DNA of 64,000 nt from Marispirochaeta sp. Lineage in GTDB: Bacteria > Spirochaetota > Spirochaetia > JC444 > Marispirochaetaceae. The position numbers were made by a program, and so were the translations under genes. Location of the stretch: the NCBI GenBank assembly GCA_963676835.2, contig CAXXFF010000002.1, positions 192,001 through 256,000 on the forward strand. The letters are read 5' to 3'. Positions 34,939 to 45,742 of this stretch are shown one piece after another. The notes beneath the pieces were generated by a model. It saw nothing but the letters and a program-made list of their open reading frames with translations. It ran no database searches and was not told where the DNA came from. Each line of letters opens with the position of its first letter. Within the stretch, counting starts at the first letter, position 1.

Positions 34939-36170
34939 AATTCCCAGCGCACTCCTATGTTCAGGGGGCCCGCATACTGCACATGCCAATGGTCAAAAAG
35001 ATGAGCCGGCAGGGGATAGTCGGAGACAAAATAGTCCTCAAATGGTGCGTCATAAAAAGAGCTGTAGAAAAACCGGGGTGTATACTCACAGATAATACTG
35101 AAGCTTTCACCCTTAAAGGGGTCAAACTCAAAGCCTAGGGGTAAATCGATACCCCAGGTAACGGTCTTCGACAGATAAAGAGCCTCTTCTTCTCCAAAAA
35201 CAAACCGCGTAAAGGCTCCGAAGCCCATATAGGGGCGAAACAGATAGTCCGCAGGCAGGCCATAGGATGCAAGCCCTATTACCGGCTGAATAAAACCGCG
35301 CTGGGCATCGCTGTAAAAGGTGAACAGGTTCTTCAGGCTGATAATGTTCTGTTCCAGGTCGGCATAGAAGTAGATCTCTTCATCCTGCAGGTATTTGATG
35401 TAGCCGGGAATAACGCCGAACTCCCAGAGCCGGCCTTTTATTTCGAGAGCCCAGGAGGCATAGGGGGTAAGCTCCGGAATCCGGGTTTCATCCTCATCTC
35501 CAACAAGCATCTCTCCGCTTTCAGGAATGTAGCCCGGAGCTTCAAGCCGGTAGGGAAGAAGGGCTCCGGGAATTGCCTTTACCAGGATTTCCTCATCACT
35601 GCCTTCAGCTCCCGCCCCGAGTACACCGCTCTTAAGAATCAGTCTGGAGCCTTCCGGCACTATCAGTGTAATGGTAACCGGTTGAGCTTCCATCACCGGG
35701 GGAGTAAAAACAAGCTCCTCTTTCCCGGCTTCCTGCACAGCTGCGGCCACCGTACTGTCCAGAGGTGGAAATCCCTGTACAACTGCACGAATTACCTTCG
35801 GCAGAAAGTCGGTGCTCATCTCTTCAAGACTGAATTCCTGAAAAATCCAGGTTTCAGTAAAAACCTCTTCATCGGTAAAACGGTCAATTCCCCGTACCCA
35901 GAGACTGGAGCGGGAACCGAATTCAAGCAGCCCTGTATAGAGGATGGCGTCGCTCTCCTCCTGACTGCCGGTATAGAAAACTGCATCGCTGTTAACCAGT
36001 TCCGTTGCAATACTCGCAGCAAGCAGCCTTACCCAGGGCTGCTCCTCTTCCCAGGTAACTGCAACAGTGCGTTTTACTTTTTCAGGGACGGAAGTCCCCT
36101 CCTGAGCGTTGAGAGAGATAATTATAAGAAGGAAAAAAAGAGGGAGCGTAAGGCGTCTAATCATACTCAT
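34935..36170 (-). CDS. putative outer-membrane protein: N-terminal alpha/beta domain, PEGA-like domain, C-terminal beta-barrel
   Basis: Signal peptide (SLNA-Q); EAPGY motif; alternating amphipathic strands (FRPYMGFGAFTRF, IDLPLGFEF) ending LNIGVRWEL. Confidence 0.62.
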   Translation of the reverse strand: MSMIRRLTLPLFFLLIIISLNAQEGTSVPEKVKRTVAVTWEEEQPWVRLLAASIATELVNSDAVFYTGSQEESDAILYTGLLEFGSRSSLWVRGIDRFTDEEVFTETWIFQEFSLEEMSTDFLPKVIRAVVQGFPPLDSTVAAAVQEAGKEELVFTPPVMEAQPVTITLIVPEGSRLILKSGVLGAGAEGSDEEILVKAIPGALLPYRLEAPGYIPESGEMLVGDEDETRIPELTPYASWALEIKGRLWEFGVIPGYIKYLQDEEIYFYADLEQNIISLKNLFTFYSDAQRGFIQPVIGLASYGLPADYLFRPYMGFGAFTRFVFGEEEALYLSKTVTWGIDLPLGFEFDPFKGESFSIICEYTPRFFYSSFYDAPFEDYFVSDYPLPAHLFDHWHVQYAGPLNIGVRWEL

Positions 36171-37224
36171 ACCTTGCCACTCCTCCGCGGATACTGGTAA
36201 CCCAGACAGTCATACCGCTTTCGCCCAGTTCCGGGAACTGGTTGTTACCGGGAATATCAGTCTCAAGTTTTCTCTCACCAGATATATAGTCATATATCAC
36301 CATTGTGGTGTTTTCCTGAACATCCGGCATTCGAATAAGCATATACTGATCATTCAGGGACACACGAAAATCCGTATTTATATAATAATACGGGCTAAAT
36401 CCTGCCATATAGTTTTGTTCAAACAGTTCCTGGGTCACTATTCCACCATGATAGGTATTCTGATATGACCCTGAGAGATAATCAAATGCGTATACATCCA
36501 GTATCAGGGGATTAGTTCCCGCCGCAGCGTAACCGGTTTGGATCGCACAGTACGCATAAGAGGCGTTATTTTTAGAGATAAATGAATCAGTTATAATATA
36601 CATTCCGGAGCCTGCAACAGCGGATGTAGAGCCTGTATCAGTATTTGTATCATCATACAAATATGTCGTTGTAAAAGAAGATCCAAAATAATCAATACTC
36701 ATTACAATTTTGTACATATTACTAGAGGAATCGATTAAACGCGCTACCGGGCCCCACGCGCTTGTGTAAGTGGAACTCTCAAGAACAACAGCAGTCCCTG
36801 CGGATTTATTTAGTTTTACTGTATTAGAATATCCAATCCCATTGCCTGTATTCTGAGATTCAATAAGAAATTCTCCTGTAAGCGAATGCACATAGCAGTT
36901 TATGGGGGGCAGCTCATCCTGCCAGTAATCTTCCCAGTAACCAAGATCCTGACTATAGGCATAGAAGGTGTAATCCGAGAGGTTATCCGCATCCATTTCA
37001 AAGACACCACGGGTTCCAAGAACATAAACCTTTCCCTGAAACTCTCTCGGCCGGGAGGCAAGATGCTGATTGAATGAAACCGCATCAGCCAGGTTGCTGT
37101 TGATACCGATTTCGTCCAGCTGGTTGATATAGCCGTCAAAGCCCATATACTCACAGGTGCTCAAAAGCAGGAGCCAAATAAGGGTAATCAATAGAAGAGA
37201 AAGGGGCCGAACTATTTTTTCCAT
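36157..37224 (-). CDS. hypothetical beta-rich, Tyr/Ser/Thr-rich lipoprotein
   Basis: Start MEKIVRPLSLLLITLIWLLLLSTC; overlaps both neighbouring genes. Confidence 0.7.
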   Translation of the reverse strand: MEKIVRPLSLLLITLIWLLLLSTCEYMGFDGYINQLDEIGINSNLADAVSFNQHLASRPREFQGKVYVLGTRGVFEMDADNLSDYTFYAYSQDLGYWEDYWQDELPPINCYVHSLTGEFLIESQNTGNGIGYSNTVKLNKSAGTAVVLESSTYTSAWGPVARLIDSSSNMYKIVMSIDYFGSSFTTTYLYDDTNTDTGSTSAVAGSGMYIITDSFISKNNASYAYCAIQTGYAAAGTNPLILDVYAFDYLSGSYQNTYHGGIVTQELFEQNYMAGFSPYYYINTDFRVSLNDQYMLIRMPDVQENTTMVIYDYISGERKLETDIPGNNQFPELGESGMTVWVTSIRGGVARYEYD

Positions 37225-38501
37225 GCTATACCCCCGTTTATTAAAACTATACCACTTTCCGCCACATTTGCCGGAGTCACATTGGGGTAGTATCCCCGGA
37301 TACCCAAATAGGTGAGCCATGTGGGCCGGTTAATTTCAAAGCGGACCCCGAAACCGCTCATCAGGGCAAGGTAGGTGGCCCACTCCTGATTGGGCATGGT
37401 GTAGGTATTAATCCTTGTATTCAGCTCAAGCTGAAGGCGCAAACCGGTGTCCGCCCTGGTAAGAAAATACCAGCCCAGGTGAGCTCCAGCCTCGGTCTCG
37501 ACCATGGATTCGGAAAAGTCGGGGCTGAAAACCTCTTTATCATCATACTGGGGCAGCAGGTAAAGCCCGGCGGAAGCGCCCAGGGTAAGAGTCTCCTTGA
37601 GCATGCGCAGCCGCCACTCTCCCATCAAGCCGAAGGGTCTCAGGTATGAGAGTGTAATACCCGCATCCTGTTTTTTTACAGGGTAGAGCCGGGGAACCTT
37701 AATGGTAAGGTCCTTCTCCTCAATAAAGGTTTCCACCGTTCTGGTATAGTAGCCGTCTCTTTTCAGGTTGATCCGCAGCAGGGTCTTTACCGGAACCTTC
37801 AGCTCTATTTTTCCGGCAGCCATGGTTCCACCTTCCGAACCGTCGGAAAGAATCAGCACAGTCTGCGGATCCGGCGGAGAGAGAAGAGTAACAGTAACGG
37901 TGCTTGATACAATGTCCTCCCTGCCGGCCGCCTCAACGGCATTCTCCAGGGAATCCTTTGCCAAATCATCCAGAGGCAGCAGCCGGTCTGTTAGAACAGC
38001 CGCGGCACGGGAGGTCAGTTCGGGTATTTTTTCCTTTAGAACAGCAGGATCTATTTTTCCTTGAAAAGTAAGGGAAAAGCGGACATCCCCCCGGGCAAGA
38101 TCGGCGGCATACAATACCAGCCGGGCAAAAACGCCACCTTCCGGGTTTTCCTCAAGAGCGTAGTAGCCGGAAACTACAGCATCCGCTCCCTGGAGGAGCG
38201 CATAAGCCTCGGCACCGTTCAGATTGTATGGATCTTCCGGATAATCTTTGTCTCTCCGGTCAGCAATGCTGCTGCGTCTGCCTAACTCCTCCTTGAGGCT
38301 GCCGGCAAAATCATTGCCAAGCGACTTAAGCGAACTCTCTTCCGCAGCGGGAGAATCTGAGAGCTCAATAAAAGAGGGAGGCAGTATCAGCACCTTTCTC
38401 CGAAAAGGTTCGTCCGCGAAAAGGGCCTGCATACCGGACAGAGCGTAAAGAGTAACAAGAACTGTGAACAGCAGGGTTCTCCGCTGAACAGACAATTTCA
38501 T
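37212..38501 (-). CDS. putative outer-membrane protein: TolB-N/CsgG-like domain, PEGA-like domain, C-terminal beta-barrel
   Basis: Signal peptide (ALFA-D); KVLILP...GADAVVSG; KRDGY motif; amphipathic strands ending LINGGIAWKK; AGGAG SD. Confidence 0.62.
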   Translation of the reverse strand: MKLSVQRRTLLFTVLVTLYALSGMQALFADEPFRRKVLILPPSFIELSDSPAAEESSLKSLGNDFAGSLKEELGRRSSIADRRDKDYPEDPYNLNGAEAYALLQGADAVVSGYYALEENPEGGVFARLVLYAADLARGDVRFSLTFQGKIDPAVLKEKIPELTSRAAAVLTDRLLPLDDLAKDSLENAVEAAGREDIVSSTVTVTLLSPPDPQTVLILSDGSEGGTMAAGKIELKVPVKTLLRINLKRDGYYTRTVETFIEEKDLTIKVPRLYPVKKQDAGITLSYLRPFGLMGEWRLRMLKETLTLGASAGLYLLPQYDDKEVFSPDFSESMVETEAGAHLGWYFLTRADTGLRLQLELNTRINTYTMPNQEWATYLALMSGFGVRFEINRPTWLTYLGIRGYYPNVTPANVAESGIVLINGGIAWKK

Positions 38502-38678
38502 ATCTCCTATTATAATCGGAGAGAGGGCAAGAAAGTAACACCCCCAAACCTATATAAAATGATGGAAAAGAGAGTTGAATTAGGCCGATATGGCCGCTAT
38601 ACTTGGAATAATCATGGATGATGACCCCTACCCTCCGTCGTATACTCTGTATAAACCTATACTATTAGCGGAACACTC

Positions 38679-39962
38679 ATGTTAGTCAGCATAATCGCCC
38701 TATCGGGGCTTATTCTGCTCTCAGGCTTTTTCTCAGCCACAGAGACGGCCTATACCAGCCTTTCCATGCTGCAGATTCAGCATCTGGTGGAAAATCACGG
38801 GAAAAAAGGCCGCTATGTTAAAGAGCTCTCCAGCAAACCGGATATTCTGCTTACCACAATCCTCATCGGCAACAACCTGGTGAACATCGGGGCCTCCGCC
38901 CTGGCCTCCCAGCTGACCATTGAATTTTTCGGCAGCCAGATGCTTGGAGTTATGACAGGAATACTCACCCTGGTGATCCTTATCTTTTCTGAGGTAACTC
39001 CCAAGCGGATCGCCATAATTCATAACGAAGCCATAGCTCTCCATACAGGGGGGATGGTAAAATTCTTCGCATTTATTCTAGCGCCGATAATCTGGCTTAT
39101 CAGTCTGATCAGCTCATTTATTACCCGTTTTTTCTCCTCCGAAAGAAGGGAAAATGTCTCCATGGAAGGGATTCTGCACATAGTAAATGTTGCGGGAAAC
39201 CTCGGGGTAGTGCAGCAGTATGAACAGGAAATGATAAAAAGCATCTTCCGCCTGGACGATGTTCCCGCCCGGGCAATTATGACCCACCGGACCGAGGTTT
39301 TCAGCCTGGATAAAAGCATGTCCATTACAGAGGCCTTTCCTCAGATGATCGAAGAGGGATTCTCCCGGATACCTGTCTGGGAAAAAGATCCTGAAAAGAT
39401 TGTAGGTGTGGTACTGTTCAAGGATGCCGCCCGGGAGATTACCCAGGGACGGGGTGAAATTATGCTCCAGAGTATTATGCTGGAGCCTCTGTTTATTCCC
39501 ACAAACAAAAAAATATCCGACCTTTACGACCGCTTTAAAAAAGAGAAACTCAACATGGCAATTGTCATGGATGAGTACGGCGGCCTGGCGGGGATTGTCT
39601 CCCAGGAAGATATTATCGAGGAACTATTTGGCGAACTCTACGATGAGAACGAAGAGAAAGGCCGTGAACGGATCCAGCACATAAAAGGAAAACGCTACCG
39701 TATAAAAGGCGATACCTCGCTCAAACAGATAGAGGACTCCCTGGGAATCGATCTTCCCCACGGTAAGTACGTTCAAACCATTTCCGGATATATTGCAGAG
39801 CTGCTTGACCGGCTGCCCCAGCGGAACGAAACGGTGGAGACAGAATGGGGAGAGCTGACCATAGAAGGTATTGTCAGAAACCGTATAACATCACTGCTGC
39901 TTACCCTCAAAAAGCGGCCCCATGCAGCCATACACACGGAAGAACCGCCGCCGGAAAAATAG
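38679..39962 (+). CDS. hemolysin family / CNNM (DUF21)-CBS-CorC transporter
   Basis: SGFFSATETA, ILIGNNLVN, SEVTPK, FSRIPV and DEYGGLAGIV motifs; CorC-type C-terminal domain. Confidence 0.92.
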   Translation: MLVSIIALSGLILLSGFFSATETAYTSLSMLQIQHLVENHGKKGRYVKELSSKPDILLTTILIGNNLVNIGASALASQLTIEFFGSQMLGVMTGILTLVILIFSEVTPKRIAIIHNEAIALHTGGMVKFFAFILAPIIWLISLISSFITRFFSSERRENVSMEGILHIVNVAGNLGVVQQYEQEMIKSIFRLDDVPARAIMTHRTEVFSLDKSMSITEAFPQMIEEGFSRIPVWEKDPEKIVGVVLFKDAAREITQGRGEIMLQSIMLEPLFIPTNKKISDLYDRFKKEKLNMAIVMDEYGGLAGIVSQEDIIEELFGELYDENEEKGRERIQHIKGKRYRIKGDTSLKQIEDSLGIDLPHGKYVQTISGYIAELLDRLPQRNETVETEWGELTIEGIVRNRITSLLLTLKKRPHAAIHTEEPPPEK

Positions 39963-40895
39963 ATGAAAAGCGATATCCAGGCCATGAACGGTAAAGATTG
40001 GATACTCCTGCCCCTACTGTCTCTGGTCTGGGGAAGCTCATTCCTGTTTATTGAAATTGCCCTTACCTCTCTACGGCCTTTTACGATAGTTGCCCTGCGC
40101 CTGATACTTGCCACCGGGGCACTTCAACTGTTTATCCGCCTGCGGGGAATAAAGCTGCCTCTGACAATACAGACAATCCCGGCGTTTCTGATCATGGGAT
40201 TTCTCAACAACATTGTACCCTTCAGCTTTATTGTCTCCGGGCAGCAATATATTACCGGAAGCCTGGCATCAATACTCAATGCCTCGACACCTTTTTTTAC
40301 TATTCTTACAGCTCACTTCTTTACGTCTGATGAGAAAATAAAACTGCATAAACTTATCGGCCTCACCCTGGGCTTTGCAGGCGTATTCAGCCTTTTCGGT
40401 ATTACCGGATCGGCCGAAGGATCACACACAATAAGAGGCATGATTTTTATTCTATCTGCAGATTTCTCTTATGCCTGTGCCGTGGTTTTCGGGCGGCGGT
40501 TCAAACGGATGGGACTGGAACCGACTGCTGCAGCCGCAGGGCAGCTTTCAGGTTCCGCCCTGCTGATTATCCCAATTGCCCTCATTGCAGAGCAGCCGTG
40601 GAAGGAAACATTACCCTCTCCGGAAGTCTGGGCCGCAGTAGCAGGTCTGGCACTTCTCTCAACCGCCCTGGCCTATGCCCTCTATTTCCGGATTCTTTCT
40701 TCAAGCGGCGCAACCAGTGTTCAGCTGGTTACCTTTCTGGTGCCGGTAAGCGCGATTCTTCTGGGTTCCCTTATTCTGGGTGAGGCAGTTGAATTGCGTC
40801 ACTTTACCGGCATGATCCTCATAGGCCTTGGTCTTACCGCCGTGGACGGCCGTATGTACCGAAAAAGAATGCCCCTTAAAGATCCGAAAGAGTAA
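39963..40895 (+). CDS. DMT/EamA family transporter
   Basis: LVWGSSFLFI start; about ten hydrophobic segments in two repeats. Confidence 0.9.
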   Translation: MKSDIQAMNGKDWILLPLLSLVWGSSFLFIEIALTSLRPFTIVALRLILATGALQLFIRLRGIKLPLTIQTIPAFLIMGFLNNIVPFSFIVSGQQYITGSLASILNASTPFFTILTAHFFTSDEKIKLHKLIGLTLGFAGVFSLFGITGSAEGSHTIRGMIFILSADFSYACAVVFGRRFKRMGLEPTAAAAGQLSGSALLIIPIALIAEQPWKETLPSPEVWAAVAGLALLSTALAYALYFRILSSSGATSVQLVTFLVPVSAILLGSLILGEAVELRHFTGMILIGLGLTAVDGRMYRKRMPLKDPKE

Positions 40896-41994
40896 GTTCA
40901 CCTTTTTTCATAAGAATCTTCTCTCCGCCGCCGGGCAGATAAAAGGTTATATCAGGTTCGACAATCAGTCCGTCGCAGTGAATCAGGGCAGGAGCGTCAT
41001 CATCGTAGTTGGCACCCACCGCTATATGACAGGTGCGATAGGCCTTCTCATCTTCAAGCATATTACCCCGAACTGCAGCGGAAGGATTAAGTCCGATTCC
41101 AAGCTCTCCGATGTTGCGGGCGTTTCGACGGTAGATTTCTCCCATCCCCGCGGGGAGAGTTCCTTCTGCGGCCATTGATAGAGCCCGGGACTCTCCTGCG
41201 GCAATGGTTTCTTCCAACTGCCGGGCCTCTGCTCCGCCGCTTATATGGGTAATAAATCCTCCCTCAACCCGGGCGGTAATGGGACGCTCAATAAGAATAT
41301 CCCCTTTATTAAGAGAAATAGAGCCCCGAAAGGCAATGGTGCCTTCACTGCTGTTGAGGGCGGGAGAGACAAAAGTTTCTCCCGCAGGCAGATTCCCGCC
41401 GCTTCCGGGCCGGGTAAAATCGCCGTCATCGGGATCGCCCAGCCGGCCTTCAAGGCCTATGTAAAGATCGGTACCCGCCTCACACTCAACCCTCACCGCT
41501 ACAGCCTCATCCATGAGCTGCTTAACCGCATTGCACTCAGCCTTGAGCCGCCCATAGTCAATATTGACGGTCCGGCGGAACATGTCCCGGGTCATTCCCG
41601 GCGACCAGAAAGCACGCATACTCTTCTCGCCGTAAAGGAGATAGTCGAAGATCCCGTCAAACTCACGGTCTCCCGCCCGGTAGGGATTTTTCAGCCCCTG
41701 AGGGTCCTTTCCCAGCTTGTCCTTGCTCAAGGAGACCAGCACATCGGGCCTTGAATGAAGGGCTGCAAGCACCGCAGGATCAGCATAATCAATCTGGCTT
41801 TTTACCGGCTGCACCATCAGAACCGGCTCAGCCTTCAGCCCGGCGGCAGCGGCATAGAGGGCCCGGGAAACAGCCAGCACATCTTCATCGGGGTTGGTGA
41901 CAATCAGCAGCCGTTCTCCGGGGTTAATTCCGAGAACCGTGGTACAGGCAATTTCAGCAGAGGGCATCAGGGTGGTATCGAGGGTTGAATCCAT
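40876..41994 (-). CDS. thermophilic metalloprotease (M29-like) aminopeptidase
   Basis: GNLPAGE, GELGIGLN, EDEK..TCHIAVG and HCD motifs. Confidence 0.85.
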   Translation of the reverse strand: MDSTLDTTLMPSAEIACTTVLGINPGERLLIVTNPDEDVLAVSRALYAAAAGLKAEPVLMVQPVKSQIDYADPAVLAALHSRPDVLVSLSKDKLGKDPQGLKNPYRAGDREFDGIFDYLLYGEKSMRAFWSPGMTRDMFRRTVNIDYGRLKAECNAVKQLMDEAVAVRVECEAGTDLYIGLEGRLGDPDDGDFTRPGSGGNLPAGETFVSPALNSSEGTIAFRGSISLNKGDILIERPITARVEGGFITHISGGAEARQLEETIAAGESRALSMAAEGTLPAGMGEIYRRNARNIGELGIGLNPSAAVRGNMLEDEKAYRTCHIAVGANYDDDAPALIHCDGLIVEPDITFYLPGGGEKILMKKGELTLSDL

Positions 41995-42075
41995 TTGAAA
42001 AGATTAATCCTCCGGGACACCTGCGGTCAAGTACGACATTGACGTACCTTCATCGCAACGAGTATCATGCCGGAC

Positions 42076-44586
42076 ATGAGCAAATACCCATACGCAGATA
42101 TTGAGCAGAAATGGCAGAATTACTGGGAAGAAAATTCCAGTTTCAGGGTGACCGAAGATCCCTCCATCCCCAAGGAAAAGCGGCGGTATATCCTGGATAT
42201 GTTTCCCTACCCCTCAGGATCGGGGCTCCACGTAGGCCATCCCGAAGGCTATACCGCCACGGATATCTACTGCCGCTTCCTGCGCATGAGGGGCTATAAT
42301 GTCCTTCATCCCATGGGATTCGACTCCTTCGGTCTTCCCGCGGAAAACTACGCAATAAAAACCGGTACCCATCCCAAGGTTACCACGGAAACCAATATCA
42401 ACCACTTCCGGACCCAGATAAAATCCCTGGGATTCAGCTATGACTGGGACCGGGAAATATCCACCCATACCGAGGAGTACTACCGCTGGACCCAGTGGAT
42501 TTTCCTCAAACTCTTCGAAAAAGGCCTCGCCTACGAGGCGGAAACCCCCATCAACTGGTGTTCCTCCTGTCTAACAGGACTCGCCAACGAAGAGGTTAAA
42601 GACGGCAAGTGCGAGCGCTGCGGCCAGATAGTTGAACGCCGCAATATCCGCCAGTGGATTCTGAAGATCACCTCCTACGCGGACCGCCTGCTTGAGGATC
42701 TGGACACCCTGGACTGGTCGGATTCCATAAAAAGCATGCAGCGCAACTGGATCGGCCGCTCAGAAGGCGCCAACGTCCATTTTCAGATTGATGGCCACGC
42801 CGAGTCCCTGGAGGTTTACACAACCCGGCCCGACACTCTCTTCGGCGCCACCTACATGGTTATGGCCCCGGAACACCCTTACGTGCAGAAGATCACCACC
42901 GACGGCCAGCGGGCGGAGGTTGAAAGCTACCTGGAACAGGCACGGCTTAAATCCGATCTGGAGAGAACCGACCTCGCCAAGGACAAAACCGGAGTTTTCA
43001 CCGGAGCATATGCGATAAATCCGGTTAACGGGAAAAAAATCCCCGTATGGATTTCCGACTACATCCTTATAAGCTACGGAACCGGAGCCATTATGGCGGT
43101 ACCCGCCCACGACCAGCGGGACTGGGAATTTGCGGAGATGTTCAAACTCCCCATCATCGAGGTACTCCAGGGCGGCGATGTAAAGACGGAAGCCTTCACC
43201 GGCGACGGACCTCATGTAAACTCAGGCTTTCTGGACGACATGGGCAAAGAGGAAGCCATTTCCGCCATGATCGCCTGGCTGGAGGAGAAGAAGCTCGGCC
43301 AGAAGGCGGTAAACTACAAGCTCAGAGACTGGGTCTTCAGCCGCCAGCGCTACTGGGGCGAGCCCATTCCTCTGGTGCACTGCCCCAAGTGCGGTATTGT
43401 GCCTATCCCCATGGATCAGCTGCCCCTGAAGCTGCCGGAGGTTGAATCCTACGAACCCTCCGGAACCGGTGAATCTCCCCTGGCAAAGATAGATGAGTGG
43501 GTACACACCGACTGTCCCGAGTGCGGCGGTCCGGGAAAGCGGGAAACCAACACCATGCCCCAGTGGGCCGGATCCTGCTGGTACTTCCTGCGCTACCTTG
43601 ACCCCCATAATACCGAAGCCCTGGCGGATAAGGAAAAGATCGACTACTGGATGCCCGTCGACCTCTATGTAGGCGGCGCTGAACATGCGGTACTTCACCT
43701 GCTCTACGCCCGTTTCTGGCACAAGGTACTCTTCGATATCGGTGTTCTGGAACAGCCCGAACCCTTTCAGCGGCTTATCAACCAGGGAATGATCACCTCC
43801 TTTGCCTATCAAAGGCCGGATAAAACCCTGGTTCCCACCGACGAGGTTGAGGAGACCGGCCCGGACAGCTTTATTGAAAAGGCCAGCGGCATTGAACTGA
43901 CCCAGGTTATTGCCAAGATGTCCAAGTCTCTCAAGAACGTAATCAACCCCGACGATATAATCCGGGATTTCGGTGCCGACTCCATGCGGGTCTATGAGAT
44001 GTTTATGGGCCCCCTGCAGGTTTCCAAGCCCTGGTCAACCTCCGGTATCAGCGGCGTACACCGCTTTCTGGACCGGGTATGGCGCCTCTTCGACAAGCCC
44101 CTGGTAGATGAAGAGCCCAAGGAAGAACTGCTGAGAGTACTTCACAAGACCATCAAGAAGGTTACCCTGGATACCGACGGCCTTGAGTTCAATACCGCCA
44201 TTTCCCAGATGATGATATTTGTAAACGAGGTATTCAAGGAAGAGACCCTCAACCGGCAGCTTATCGAACCCTTCGTGCTGCTCCTTACCCCCTATGCTCC
44301 CCATCTTGGTGAAGAGCTCTGGGAAAAGCTCGGCAAAGAACCCCTTGCGGGGGCACAGCAGTGGCCTGAGTACAAAGAAGAGCTGACCAAAGACGATGAG
44401 ATTCAGCTGGTCTTTCAGGTAAACGGCAAGGTACGGGCAAAGGAGATGGTTGCCGCGGATATCAGCATTGATGCCATGAAAGAGATGGCCCTGGATCACC
44501 CCAGAATCAAAGAGCTGATCGAAGGAAAGCAGATCCGCAAGATTATCCCCGTACCGGGAAAACTGGTGAATATCGTAGCCAACTGA
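42076..44586 (+). CDS. leuS: leucine--tRNA ligase
   Basis: MFPYPSG, HVGH, KMSKS and YTTRPDT motifs; the second ATG (MSKYPY) is chosen because a -10 element precedes it. Confidence 0.97.
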   Translation: MSKYPYADIEQKWQNYWEENSSFRVTEDPSIPKEKRRYILDMFPYPSGSGLHVGHPEGYTATDIYCRFLRMRGYNVLHPMGFDSFGLPAENYAIKTGTHPKVTTETNINHFRTQIKSLGFSYDWDREISTHTEEYYRWTQWIFLKLFEKGLAYEAETPINWCSSCLTGLANEEVKDGKCERCGQIVERRNIRQWILKITSYADRLLEDLDTLDWSDSIKSMQRNWIGRSEGANVHFQIDGHAESLEVYTTRPDTLFGATYMVMAPEHPYVQKITTDGQRAEVESYLEQARLKSDLERTDLAKDKTGVFTGAYAINPVNGKKIPVWISDYILISYGTGAIMAVPAHDQRDWEFAEMFKLPIIEVLQGGDVKTEAFTGDGPHVNSGFLDDMGKEEAISAMIAWLEEKKLGQKAVNYKLRDWVFSRQRYWGEPIPLVHCPKCGIVPIPMDQLPLKLPEVESYEPSGTGESPLAKIDEWVHTDCPECGGPGKRETNTMPQWAGSCWYFLRYLDPHNTEALADKEKIDYWMPVDLYVGGAEHAVLHLLYARFWHKVLFDIGVLEQPEPFQRLINQGMITSFAYQRPDKTLVPTDEVEETGPDSFIEKASGIELTQVIAKMSKSLKNVINPDDIIRDFGADSMRVYEMFMGPLQVSKPWSTSGISGVHRFLDRVWRLFDKPLVDEEPKEELLRVLHKTIKKVTLDTDGLEFNTAISQMMIFVNEVFKEETLNRQLIEPFVLLLTPYAPHLGEELWEKLGKEPLAGAQQWPEYKEELTKDDEIQLVFQVNGKVRAKEMVAADISIDAMKEMALDHPRIKELIEGKQIRKIIPVPGKLVNIVAN

Positions 44587-44627
44587 GGCTATTACCATTA
44601 CTTTTCATAGCAAGGAGGAGTGCAATA

Positions 44628-45740
44628 GTGGCAAACTACCGCCTGGAGGCTCTTGTCAGCTGGATGCAGCAGGAAGGAGTCGAACTGATTGTCATAGAAG
44701 ACTGCGAGGAGCGCCGCAACTCCTCCCTGCGATATTTAAGCGGGCATCCCTCTGATGCACTCTTTTTCCTGCATGCTTCCGGAGCATCCCTGCTGGTAGC
44801 CTGGGATCTGCCTCTGGCGGAAATTCATGCCACCGCAGATGCCCTGGTCTCCTACAGCGAGTTCCAGCGCAGCCCCATTCAGGCCATAGCCGGAGTCGCC
44901 CGCCGCTACGGGCTCTCTAAAGGCGCACGGATTGAGCTTCCCGCAGCAATTCCGCTGCCTATGTTCGAAGACCTCAAAAAAGAAGCCCCGGAGTTTACCT
45001 TTCTCTGCCGTGAAGACGGTATAGAAGCCCAGCTCTGGGAACTGCGCAGCATTAAAGATGCGGAAGAGATTGATATCTATCGGGAAGCATCCCGCATAAC
45101 CAACGACATTATCGAAGAACTGGTGGAGGGCTTTAAAAAAGGCTCCTTTGAAACCGAAATAGACGCCGCCCTCTTTATCGAGGCCGCCGCCCGCCGGGCC
45201 GGCACCGAGGGAACCAGCTTCGACACCATCGTAGCCAACCCGGAAAGAAGCTTCGGCCTCCATGCATTCCCCAACTTCTCCGGGGCTCTTCTCAACCTGC
45301 CGGGGCCGACCATTATCGACTTCGGTGTACGGCTTAAAGGCTATGCAAGCGATGTAACCCTGACCCTGCTGAAAGGACCTTTAAGCCCGGAACAGGAGCG
45401 GGTTGCAGCCCTGATTGAAGAAGGCTATGCCGCAGCAGAAGCTGCTCTGGGCCCGGAAGTTTCATCTTCCTTTCCGGCCCGCAGGGTAGACGAGGTTTTT
45501 GCGCGGGAAGGCTTTACCATGCCCCATAGTCTCGGCCACGGAATAGGTCTGGATGTTCATGAGCGTCCCTTCTTAAGGGACCGCAAGGAATATGAAATGA
45601 TACTGAAGCCGGGAATGGTGCTTACCCTGGAGCCCGGTCTTTACGACCCGGACCTCGGGGGCATCCGCAAGGAAAATGATTACCTTATCACCGACAAAGG
45701 TGCTGAAAAACTGACCAGCTCGGCTATTTTCAGAATCTGA
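44628..45740 (+). CDS. Xaa-Pro peptidase family (M24)
   Basis: DFG....YASD, HSLGHGIGLDVHE and TLEPGLY motifs. Confidence 0.9.
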   Translation: MANYRLEALVSWMQQEGVELIVIEDCEERRNSSLRYLSGHPSDALFFLHASGASLLVAWDLPLAEIHATADALVSYSEFQRSPIQAIAGVARRYGLSKGARIELPAAIPLPMFEDLKKEAPEFTFLCREDGIEAQLWELRSIKDAEEIDIYREASRITNDIIEELVEGFKKGSFETEIDAALFIEAAARRAGTEGTSFDTIVANPERSFGLHAFPNFSGALLNLPGPTIIDFGVRLKGYASDVTLTLLKGPLSPEQERVAALIEEGYAAAEAALGPEVSSSFPARRVDEVFAREGFTMPHSLGHGIGLDVHERPFLRDRKEYEMILKPGMVLTLEPGLYDPDLGGIRKENDYLITDKGAEKLTSSAIFRI

Positions 45741-45742
45741 GG

